Source: Moniliella sp. 'wahieum'
Lineage: Eukaryota
Length of the DNA stretch: 53,916 nucleotides
Reading direction: 5' to 3'
NCBI GenBank assembly: GCA_003971905.1
Contig: RSEE01000086.1
Coordinates: 248,001 to 301,916, forward strand
The notes under the pieces were generated by a model. The model was given only the letters and a program-made list of their open reading frames with translations. It had not been told where the DNA came from and ran no database searches. The translations under genes were made by a program, and so were the position numbers. Positions 40,428-50,799 of this stretch are shown piece after piece; position 1 is the stretch's first letter, and each line of letters starts with the position of its first letter.

Positions 40428-40797
40428 GGGGGTGGTGGTGGCGACACTGGTGGTGGTGGCGACACTGGTGGTGGTGGCGATGGTGGTGGCGGTGGCGATG
40501 GTGGTGGCGGTGGCAATGCCAATGGCAATGCCAATGGAGGACAACCAACGCGAGGGCGTGTTGTTCCGCCAAAGACGCCCCACGCGCGGGGTGGTCACGT
40601 GATTATTCTATTCCTCTCGCTCTCTCTGGTGGTTATATACTGGTCGGTGGATTTATATGCTTGCTCCCTCTCAGGGGCTAAAGCGCCCCTGGCGGCTTCC
40701 AGCTTCATCTGCCTCGTCCTCGCCCACGCCATCCCCACCTCCACCGCCACCACCTCCACCACCTCCACCACGCCATTCCATTCCCATCCCCACCATC

Positions 40798-41698
40798 ATG
40801 TCCTTCGGCACGCTCTACGGCGGCAGCCGCACCGCCAGCCGCACCTGCGTCTTCTCGCCGTTGCCCGTCTCGCTGGCCTCGACGTCGCCCACACGCCCCT
40901 CCTGCCCACCGAGCTTGCCACCCAGATCCAGCCCACCAGCCTGCCCATCTTCCAAGCCCCCGACGGCTTCTGCCTCACCGAACCCCATGCGATCGCTGTG
41001 TACTGTACGTCTCCCGTCTCTCTTTCTCTCTTCTCTCGTGTTCTGTTTCCCCTCGCCACGCGGTGGGGCTCTGGTCTGTGGGCATAACGTAGTGGAAGGT
41101 GCAATGGCTAACCTCATTCCTTGGACGGATACGATACGAATGTATACCACGACCTGTTCTTGGTTCAGTTGCCGCGCACGCTGGCCCTGCTACTGGCTTG
41201 GCGCACCACGCCTCGCTCCTGGGTCCTGACCGGCGCACCGAAACCCTCGTCCTGTCCTGGCTCGAATGGGCCGACACGCACCTCTTTGCCCCGGCCTTGC
41301 TCTTGGCCCACCGCCACTGGCACCTACCTAACCAACCCAACACCGCTGCACCCTCCACGGTGGAAACCAGCGCGCACGAGCGCGCGCAGAGAAAGGGAGT
41401 GCCCGCGCTGGCTTACCTCGAACGTACCTTGGCCACAACCAAAGCCACAACCCCAGCCACAACCACAGGTACGGACACCACCACGGTCACGAGCACAAGC
41501 GAACGCGCGTCGTGCGACGCAGCGCGACGACGTATCTGGTCGGCTCGCAGTCTCACGCTGGCCGACGTGATGGTCGTGGCCAACGTGCATTTCCTCCAGA
41601 CCGCCCTGGCGAAGGCAGAGCCCCCGACGGAGCCGAGTTGGTGTGCGTACCCCCACGTGAACGATCTGGTGTGTGCGGTAGTCGAGATTCTGCGCTAG
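40798..41698 (+). CDS. Glutathione S-transferase-fold protein, EF1Bgamma N-terminal type
   Basis: MSFGTLY, LAVARLAGLDV, LPIFQAPDGFCLTEPHAIAVY, intron 41005-41168, LLG....ETLVLSWLEWAD, LAYLERTL, YLVG..LTLADV. Confidence 0.75.
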
Positions 41699-43392
41699 CG
41701 GGGATCGTGCCGTTGCGCGCGCGACCGTCTTGCCTAGGCGAGAAGCAGGGTACGGACCACGGTACCCCGCTTCCATGCGCAACAGTAGATGGGCACGAAC
41801 AACAAGCACAACAAGAAGCACAAGCACAAAAAGAATAACACGGGGGGATCAAGTCCACGGTGACTCTACCTCATCCCTCTTCTCTCTCCTCTTCTTCTCC
41901 TTCCCCTTCTTCCACTTCTTCCATGTCTTCTTGCGTAGGCTCATCGGCTTCGCCTGCGCATGACGGTGACCGTACGCGCAAGGGCGGATGCAAGGCTCAC
42001 ACGGACACGCCACTGGCTGTCAAACCCCTGCTGCAAACTTCACTGTGAACGCAGGATCTCTTCGTTTGGGGGTTGGGTTTGGTTTTCTGGTACGGGAGTG
42101 TGCACGGGTCCATCCGAGTGGCCGGTGGACTGAGGACAGGCACCCCGCTCAACCCCCACTTACTGGGCGGCATACACGTGCACAGGGACGGTGCTCGGTG
42201 CCCATGCGTCAACCCCAATTCCAACCCAGACCAACCCAGACCAAGCCAGACCAAGCTAGACCAAACCAGGTGCACGGCCACGACAATGACGATGCACCCC
42301 ATGACCATGATCTGCATGCTGAGAGATAAGGGACAAGAGAGGCAGCAGGTGCACTGGATAGGAATTCTGTACGACGCACGGCGTGTGCACGACCCACGAC
42401 TCACGACCCAGGGGCACGTACTGGGCCAGTCCCCTAGTCCCTAGTCCCTCGGGAGTCCCTGGCTCGATACCCGGGGCGCCTGTTACTTTCCCTGCGTAGA
42501 GCGCAGCATGCAGGGGCAGGTGTGTGCCGTGCGACGCTGCGAGCAGTCGCAGCTGCCTGTACGTCCTACGGAAGGTAGCGCAACAGAGCATGGCTGGGCC
42601 GGATAGTAGGTTGGTGCTGGTAGGGAGCGCGGCGTATGCGTACGCAGTGCCAATACTCTAGGCCTACCGTACCGGGTTCCAGGTGCCAGGTGCCAGCGCA
42701 ACGGAGCGTACCTGTTCCGGCCAAGGTGGTCGATTTGGTGGTGTATTTTGGTGTATTTTTGGTGGTGTATGTACGACAGGACGAACGGGTGTAGCAAGTT
42801 GCTCCTCTACCTGGCGTGTACACTATATTAGGTACCGATCCCGATCCCTATCCCGATAGCCGTGCCGGCAGTAGCAAGTGGCACGTGGCCACTGGCGCTT
42901 GGCGCGCCGACTAACTAGTAGTAAGACCAGGCTAGACCAAGGCAAACGAGTACAAGCCAAGCTATAAGTAAGCAACCACACATACACACGCACACGAGAG
43001 ACAGACATTCAGTTGTTGTACAGAAGACAGAGACCGAGACCGAGGCCGAGACGCAGCCCCGCCCGGCTGTGGGTCTAGGCGAATAGGAAAAATTGCACGA
43101 CATGCGCGCCGAGAGCAGCGGGGCGGAGCGGAGCGGAGCGAGGAGAGAGAGGAGAGGAGAGATGTGTGCTGAAGAGAAGCACAAAACGAGAAAGCAAGAG
43201 CAAAGCAAAAGCCACAGTGGGGAGCTGGCGACCCGAAACCCAGGGACCAACTCACCAGGCCAAGGAACGCGTTTGGCGTTGGCCATCGCGAGTATACAGC
43301 AAGGGGAGGAGAAGCTGAGTGGAGGAAGAAAAGCTTAAGCGTAGCCATAGTATAGAGTATTAGCCTACTATAGGATAATGGTGTTTAGTAGT

Positions 43393-44710
43393 TCAAAAGT
43401 CCTCGTCCAAGGTGAAGGCATGCACATCCTTGGCGACGCCATCGCCATCATCGTTTTCGTTATGGTTGACGCCGGCAATCGCGTACTCGGCTACTTTCTT
43501 CTCGAAAAAGTTCGTCTTGCCCTGCAAGGAGATGTTCTCCATAAAGTCAAACGGGTTGGTCGAGTGGTACAGCTTGTCGTTGCCCAAGGCGACCAGGAGG
43601 CGGTCCGCGACAAACTCAATGTACTGGCACATGAGCTTGGCGTTCATGCCGATCAGCGCGACGGGCAAGGCGTCTGTGAGGAACGATTGTTCGATCGCCA
43701 CAGCTTCACGGATATTGGTGTTGATCGTGTCCGGGTGGGCGCGTTTGCGCAGATGGCCAAAGAGGAGACAGGCAAAGTCGGTGTGCAAGCCTTCGTCACG
43801 AGTGATGAGTTCGTTGGAGAAGGTCAAGCCGGGCATGAGACCGCGCTTTTTCAACCAGAAATCGAAGCAAACGAGCCCGAGAAGAAAATGCCTTCGACAG
43901 CAGCAAACGCGACCAAGCGCTCGGAGAACGATGAACGTTCATCCGCAATCCACCGCATCGCCCACTCAGCTTTCTGCTTGACGACTGGGATGGTCTCGAT
44001 CGCATCAAACAGGTACTCGCGCTGCGCCGGATCACGAATGTACGTGTCAATGAGCAACGAGTAGGTTTCCGAATGGATGTTTTCCATCATGATTTGGAAT
44101 CCTTAAAGCACCTTGCTTCGGGCCGCTTGCACTTCCTGCGAAAACCGCTCCACCAAATTCTCATTCACAATCCCATCCGACGCGGCGAAAAAGGCGAGCA
44201 CATGCGAAATAAAGTGTCGCTCATTGTCGTTGAGCTTGGTGTCCCAGTCGTGCAGGTCCTTGGACAAGTCCATCTCCTCCGCCGTCCAAAAGGACGCTTC
44301 GGCTTTCTTGTAGAATTGCCAGATCTGGTATTGTCGGCCACACGGAACAGGCGGGGGAGAGGGGTAGAGGTAAGCAACATGAACCAACCCAGAAAAAGCA
44401 AAGCACCATCCACATCCTCATCGGGATGCAAATGAACTCTGTGCCCAGGCCATGCCCGCCGGCGGATAACAACAACGTACCTCATTGAACTTGATGGGGA
44501 ACAAGACAAACCGGCGCGGGTTTTCCTTGAGCAGCGGTTCCTCCTTCTCGGGCAAGTCGACGTCGCCGACAAAGCGGTGCTGAATCGAGTCGAGCGGGTG
44601 GCTGCCCATGGGAGCTGACTTGGTCGCCTGCTTGGCACGCTCCACATCGGCCATCTTGAGCGTGGAAACTCGGGGTGGGCAGCGTCGTGGACAAGGGCAG
44701 AGGGGGCCAT
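43393..44710 (-). CDS. RNR2: Ribonucleoside-diphosphate reductase small (R2) subunit
   Basis: [16 protein letters not shown], intron 44480-44325, [60 protein letters not shown]-terminal FTLDEDF*. Confidence 0.97.
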
Positions 44711-44795
44711 GGCGGTAGACAGACAGAGGCGGTAGAGGAGGAGGTGGTGGTGGAAGTGGTGGTGGGGGGGAGGAAGCTGGACGCGCCCAACCCAC

Positions 44796-45145
44796 ACGCG
44801 TCTTTTATCTTTCCCGTCCGGCCGCCCCCGCCAACGCGTCGCCAGCGGCCGCACACTGACGCCGTGCCGCTCCGCCCCCATCGTTGACCCATCACCGGTC
44901 GCTAGTCATCACCAGCCCGCAAGCACCGTCGCCCCGACGCGACGCGCTAGGCGAAGCACGGAGGCAGTGTGCGGCGCGGCTGATCCGATCGGCGCGGCGA
45001 CGATTCGGACAGGCACGCCGTGTTAATTACGGTGCTGAATCACCCACGCGTCTCTGGCACTACGCAGTTGGGCGAAAAAGACGGCTTGATTGCTCCCCGA
45101 TGGGATGGGATGCGATGGGATGCGATCGGTGTGCGCGCCACGCGT
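44796..45145. promoter_or_regulatory. Cluster of MCB-like ACGCGT elements upstream of RNR2
   Basis: ACGCGT at 44796, 44834, 45046 and 45140, within ~440 bp of the start codon. Confidence 0.5.
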
Positions 45146-46163
45146 CGCGCGTATCCACCGCTTTTTGTCCATCCCTACTAGCTGCGGTCACTGCCACTCC
45201 CCCGCTGCTTGCGGCGGGCCGGTGGATACTGTGGGTAGGCTCGCGCTTGCGCTGTATAGCCTGCCTATTGTTTTTTTCGTCTCCACTCAACAGATCTCGG
45301 ATCTTAGAAGACAGTGCGAGCTGGCCAATCTCCGAGATCTTCGATCTTAGATCGGATCGGCCGCCGTCGCATGGTTTTTTTGTTCGTCTCGTCGCGTCTC
45401 GTCGCGTTTTGGTTGGCGGTCGCGTGTTGAGTACTGAGTGGCGTGTTTCGTCGCTTGTTTCGTGTGTGTGTGTTTCGGGGTGTGGTTCTTGGCGCGTTCT
45501 TGGCGTGTCGCGTGTCGCGTGTCGCGTGTTTTTGTTCCCCCCTTGCCTGTTGCTTTTTCGTCTCCCGTTCCGGCCTCTTCTTCCGGTTCCGAGCCGCGTG
45601 CCAGAGCGGGAGCATCGATCATATCTCGGTGTTACGCACAACAGAGGCCACCGCGAAAAGTGCGATGCATATACGAGGTGTCTATTAGTACGTCGCTCTG
45701 TTGGGATATCATAGCAGGCCATGATAGCCTATGCACTCAGCTAGTCAGGGTGGCCACGCATCGCGTCTCGCTCCTGTCCTTCAACACAACCATCATCATT
45801 AATCAGTAATCACCTCCCACGGATCTCACCGGTCACCTCTCAATCTCACCTCTCACCCGAGCGTTGAGTTTGGAGTGGTCTTATCGCTGCCGGCCGCGCA
45901 CCCCTTTCGTCTCTCCCTTCTGACGCGATCGAGGCCCGGTGTACCCGGCATCGAGCATCCCGCTCTAGCGCACACGTCGGTCCTAAGTAGCTGATGCATC
46001 TTTTTGCCTCCCCCGGCCGTGACCGTTCGCGCCCACACCCGCCCTCAGCACCGACACAGAAATGGGAATGAACCATGCATGAACATTGAACCTTGCACGC
46101 AAAGCAACACACAACCCAACACCACATATCATAATCACCCCATACCATACACTTGCAAAAGAA

Positions 46164-46256
46164 TGCCTCTTGGCCGAATCGAACGACCGATCTTCTCATG
46201 GAAGGACACTGATGCAGGCCTACTAGTGAGATGCTTTACCACTGAGCCAAAGAGGC
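46164..46256 (-). tRNA. tRNA-Thr(AGU) with 21-nt intron (46200-46220)
   Basis: Acceptor stem GCCTCTT/AAGAGGC, D arm GCTCAGTGGTAAAGC, anticodon stem TCTCA/TGAGA with CT-AGT-A, intron after position 37, T arm GGTCG-TTCGATT-CGGCC, downstream T-run. Confidence 0.93.
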
Positions 46257-47716
46257 TACATGATCCTCGCCCACGGCTTCGACCCACAACACCATTCTAT
46301 TCTATGGCACCGTACCGCCCACGCAGCCGAGCCCTCTTTGCGTCCCCTGGCCTTGCTCGTGTCCACACCGCAACAACAGGCCCCGCATGCACTACGTACA
46401 GCGCACCGCCCCCGTCCTCCGTCCCAGTGGCCAGTATCATAGCACAGGAAGGTACTGACAAGAAGGAGGTGGCCCCGCGGTGGTTGCCACGCTTTTCAAA
46501 CTTACTGCAGATCAGTCCTCAAAACACTGTTGGTTGGCAGTTCAAACGTCTTCAAAGTTGGCCATACTTTGCCTCGAAACGTGTGCAGAAGTTGCTAGTA
46601 TTCTCCCAGCTCGCATGTCCCAACAGGTGTGCATTTGCTCCTTAAACAGTGCCGACTGTATCATGGCCGACTTCCACTTGGCCGACCCGACGGTGGCGAT
46701 GGCCGAATGAATGGCGTGGATGGAGAAGCGAATGGCGGGAATGGCCAAACGAGTCGCGGGAAGGCGCCGGAGAGGGGAAACGGAGGCTGAGAATGGGGGC
46801 TAAACGAGGGCGCCGGGCCAAGCCAGGCTGGTTGGGGTGGTGGTGGTAAGAAACCAACCAGATCCATCGCCAGGCCAGCGCATAACAAGCGCCGCTGGCG
46901 AAAAGTTTAAACCTTTATTAATTTCACGATGCACACATCGGCTCGGCCGATTCCCATCACGCTAAGCTGGCTACCACCACTACCTCGTCCAACGCCCCAT
47001 GCCGGTTCTGCATCATTGTGCATCCCCTTGCCCTCCACCTGTGCGCATCTGAAAGCGGACTATCTGGGGAACCATACGCCATCTCTCATTCTCAGATCCA
47101 CCCAGTTCGGCTGGTGCGCCGCCGCTGTTTGTTCGAACATTCCGCCGTCTGGAAGCGGCCCGACCTCGTGGGAAGTGGTGTGACCTCATTACTGGACCAA
47201 TCCAGAAGCTCACCAGCTGTCCTGCAAGCCTTCAACCGTAACCCTTCAATGTGGTGTCCAATGCGGCGCTAACATATCTCAGATCTGTCCATAATTGGCG
47301 GAGCACAGGCACCATCAGTAATGACAATCCCCCGTTTCGACCTGCCCCCGGCTACTTGGACGTGACGTGTCCTCAATCCCGGACCATTCGGAAATGGTAT
47401 CGCCCCCTGTTGAAAGCCCTCAAAAGTGAGCACAATACAGTACTATCCTTTCTCTGGTCTGTCCCGAATTAGTGTAGCACGGGCGCCATCAACATCGACC
47501 CCCTCCGCCGTTTGACATTCCGTTAGATGATTGGACGTGTCCCGACTCGATCCTGGACCAATCCAAAAGCGCATCACCTCCCTGGAACGCCTGGTTCCGG
47601 TTCATTATCTGAATGTATGCAAACACCATATGCTGACAATTGGTGGAATGCGGGCTCCGTCAACAGCGACAAGTAATGCTATGGAAGGGATCGCTACCCG
47701 AAATCTCTTCTGTTCC

Positions 47717-47953
47717 TGATGAGACCTGGAGTCCGGATGGTCCTCGAGGGTGATGCAATCGCACTAGTGGTGGTGTGGTAATGGTCTAAGCCAACCAGCA
47801 ACGCCTACTGAGGAACACCAAGCAGCGAGTCGCCACCAGGGGCTAAGCTGCGGAACAAGGAAAAACAGGAGAGAGAAAAACAACGGAACTCCTAGGCCTG
47901 AGGAGGAACTGAAGGGACATTGGCCAAATAAGCACGAGCCACCTGGCTCAACA
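47717..47953 (-). mobile_element. 3' LTR (237 bp) of Ty1/Copia retrotransposon
   Basis: On the minus strand a G-run polypurine tract immediately precedes TGTTGAG...TCATCA; homologous to the solo LTR at 24837. Confidence 0.92.
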
Positions 47954-49932
47954 CCCCCCCGGGCCAAGGGACCAAAGAAACCCGTAGGCCAAACAAGTCA
48001 CGAAGAACGAAACGAGAAGAAAAGAAAGGGGAGCCAAATCGAATTGTTGAGATGTGGAAAGGAGTTTGGGAAGACCAACAGGTTTGGTGAACCAATCAGA
48101 TAAATGATCCACGCCCGGGACATGATGAACGACAAGCTCGCCACAGTGGATGCGTTCGCGCACCTCGTGGTACCACCATCGATCTCGCGGATCTTACCCA
48201 GGCTGCCAAGCTTCTCGGCAAGAGCCTTGGCTGCAGTGTGTCCACAAAGAGCTGAATCGGGTGTGCAGCAGGACAAATGCCCAGCTCAAAAAGAATGTTG
48301 CGCACAAAGAGTGCATCGCGCAAACCATCACCCATGGCCAAGTATTCGGAAGCGGCTGTGTTGCTCACTCCTTGGTTCTGTGTCTTGGTATTCCACGAGA
48401 CAGGCACACCATACACAAACACAACGTACCCGGAAACAGATCGTGAGCAGCGCTTGTCGAAGCAAAAGAAGCATCCGTATGTAGTTCAAGGAGGGGTCTT
48501 GCGCGGTCAGGTGTTAAGCGGAGAGAATGGTCAGCAGTACCCTTCAGGTATCGCAACAAGCCAACGGCAGCGTCACGGTGAGCACGAGAAGGGTCATCTA
48601 AGAAACGAACCAAAAAGGTGGCGGCAAACAAGGTGTCGGGACGAGACATGCGAGCCGACCACATGGCAGACCCGATCATAGAACGGTAGGCGTGATGCTC
48701 GTCGCGTGTGGATCGTGGTTCGTGCTCGGGACGTAGGGGAGGAGGAAGAGTGTGACTGAGCGGGAGACGGCGAGGATGGTCGTGAATCATGTCGTGTGGG
48801 TGGCAAGCGTTTCAGCAATGAATTTGGGTGGCTCACGTAGAGGCGCCCATCAATGCGGTCGTACTGGCACCCGAGGTGGAACGAAGTGGGCCATTGGATT
48901 TAATCTCGTATGACGGCGAAGCTCAACAAGGAAGGAGTCGTAGACGTCCGCCGAACGGCAAGCAACAAGAAAATCGTCAGTGTGGATGGCCAATAGAACG
49001 AGATCCAAGGATTTGGTACGACGAATGAAGAGGCAAGGCTCCGACTTGAGACTGGTAAAGCAAGACGGCCACAAAGGAAAGTACGCAACCAATCACCAAA
49101 ATTGGCCCCACTTTGATGGAGACCATAAAGACTCTTCTTCAGTTTCCAACACTTGCCTTTCCCTTCTGGGAAAAAGGGAGGCGGCCGAACATAGACCTCT
49201 TCGGTCACGTCCGCATACAGGTAGCCGCCTCAACGTCGGCTGTAAAGAGCTGGAGCCTTCCGCCTCGGAGACAGCGATCAAAGTATTGACGGCGGAGGTG
49301 CGAACCGCGGGAGCAAATGACTTGGTCCATGATCCGGGAAGCTGGCGATGTCCCCCCACTACATAACGCGCACGATACTTGACAAAGCGGCCCTCAGCAT
49401 CCGTCTTGGTACTGAGGACCCAAATACCGGGTAACACACGTGCCCCCGGAGGAATGGGCACCACCTCCTTCACCTTGCGAGAGTCGAAACGCGTCAGTTC
49501 AACGCGCATGGCAGCAAGGACATCATTAAATGCAGGGTGACCGACGAGAGCCGCACGGACTTGGGCGCCAATGGAACACCTAGTCGTATGTGTTTGAAAT
49601 CACTTGATGATTTGCAATTCAAATCGGCCCCACCTTGTTTCAAAAACCAGTAGGTGAAGAATCGCGAGCCCACTTGATGAAACCGTACAAGCTCTTGGCC
49701 CGGCCGACGGGCCGACAACCCACTAATGGGTGGTGTGTGTCCGGGTGGTGGTGTGTGGGGGGGTCACGGGGTGGTGGTGTGTGGGGGGGTGTCAGGGGTG
49801 GTGGTGTGTGTGTCACGCATGGTGGAGGGTGATGGGGGTAGGGTTAGGGTGGGGTGGGGTGTAATTTTGAACGGGGCGTCGGATGGGAAAACGGAGGGCA
49901 TATGCTGCATAGAGCGGACGATTTTATAGCGA
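47717..49932 (-). mobile_element. 5'-truncated Ty1/Copia LTR retrotransposon (integrase-RT linker, RT, RNase H, PPT, 3' LTR)
   Basis: RT motifs YRARYVVGGHRQ, SFAPAVR, EEVYVRPP, KLKKSLYGLHQSG, LAIHTDDFLV; YRSMIGSAMW..RPD; RNase H motifs HTDASFA, VSWNTKTQ, SEYLAM, SDWFTKP. No gag, protease, integrase core or 5' LTR. Confidence 0.93.
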
Positions 49933-50769
49933 GCTATCGCCTCGGCATAACTATCCACCCTTCGGGTTAGCTCGCTATCGCCTCGGCATAACTCTCACCC
50001 TTCGGGTAGCTGCTATCGCCTCGGCATAACTCTCCACCCTCGGGTAGCCGCTATCGCTCGGCATAACTCTCCACCCTCGGGTAGCTCGCTATCGCCTCGG
50101 CATAACTCTCCACCCTTCGGGTTAGCTCGCTATCGCCTCGGCATAACTTCCACCCTTCGGGTAGCTCGCTATCGCCTCGGCAAACTCTCCACCCTTCGGG
50201 TAGCTCGCTATCGCCTCGGCATAACTCTCCACCCTTCGGGTAGCTCGCTATCGCCTCGGCATAACTCTCCAACCTTCGGGTAGCTCGCTATCGCCTCGGC
50301 AAACTCTCCACCCTTCGGGTAGCTCGCTATCGCTCGGCATAACTCTCCACCCTTCGGGTAGCTCGCTATCGCCTCGGCATAACTCTCCACCCTTCGGGTA
50401 GCTCGCTATCGCCTCGGCAAACTCTCCACCCTTCGGGTAGCTCGCTTATCGCCTCGGCATAACTCTCCACCCTTCGGGTAGCTCGCTATCGCCTCGGCTA
50501 TAACTCTCCACCCTTCGGGTAGCTCGCTATCGCCTCGGCATAACTCTCCACCTTCGGGTAGCTCGCTATCGCCTCGGCATAACTCTCCACCCTTCGGGTA
50601 GCTCGCTATCGCCTCGGCAAACTCTCCACCCTTCGGGTAGCTCGCTATCGCCTCGGCATAACTCTCACCCTTCGGGTAGCTCGCTATCGCCTCGGCATAA
50701 ACTCTCCACCCTTCGGGTAGCTCGCTATCGCCTCGGCATAACTCTCCACCCTTCGGGTAGCTCGCTATC
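49933..50769. repeat. Tandem array of ~21 x 40-bp unit GCTATCGCCTCGGCATAACTCTCCACCCTTCGGGTAGCTC
   Basis: Read directly; copies differ mostly by single-base indels. Confidence 0.97.
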
Positions 50770-50785
50770 TACCCTCGGCCCTCCC

Positions 50786-50799
50786 TAGGGTTAGGGTTA
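50786..50799 (+). repeat. Short telomeric tract TAGGGTTAGGGTTA
   Basis: Read directly at the boundary between the two arrays; G-strand points toward the right end of the window. Confidence 0.7.

Noticed and set aside
42440..42490. tRNA T-arm-like sequence (CCCTGGCTCGATACCCGGGG)
   Set aside because: No D arm, anticodon arm or acceptor pairing, and it lacks TTCG.
1697..44710. Frameshifts in nearly all genes, read as mass pseudogenisation or programmed frameshifting
   Set aside because: They hit normally essential genes (ERG1, RNR2, RRP17) whose residues are otherwise conserved, and the same 1-bp indels scatter through the tandem arrays. This is typical of unpolished long-read consensus.
47716..47723. 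CTGATGAG hammerhead-core-like motif at the LTR ends (also at 24836)
   Set aside because: It is formed by the flank plus the TG terminus of the LTR, and I found no properly placed stem II/GAAA.
24837..47953. The two LTRs as ends of one 23-kb element carrying host genes
   Set aside because: The left LTR has its own TSD on both sides and is diverged. The right LTR's internal domain extends rightwards, away from it.
49933..50769. CRISPR array
   Set aside because: Units are contiguous with no unique spacers, there are no cas genes, and the context is eukaryotic.
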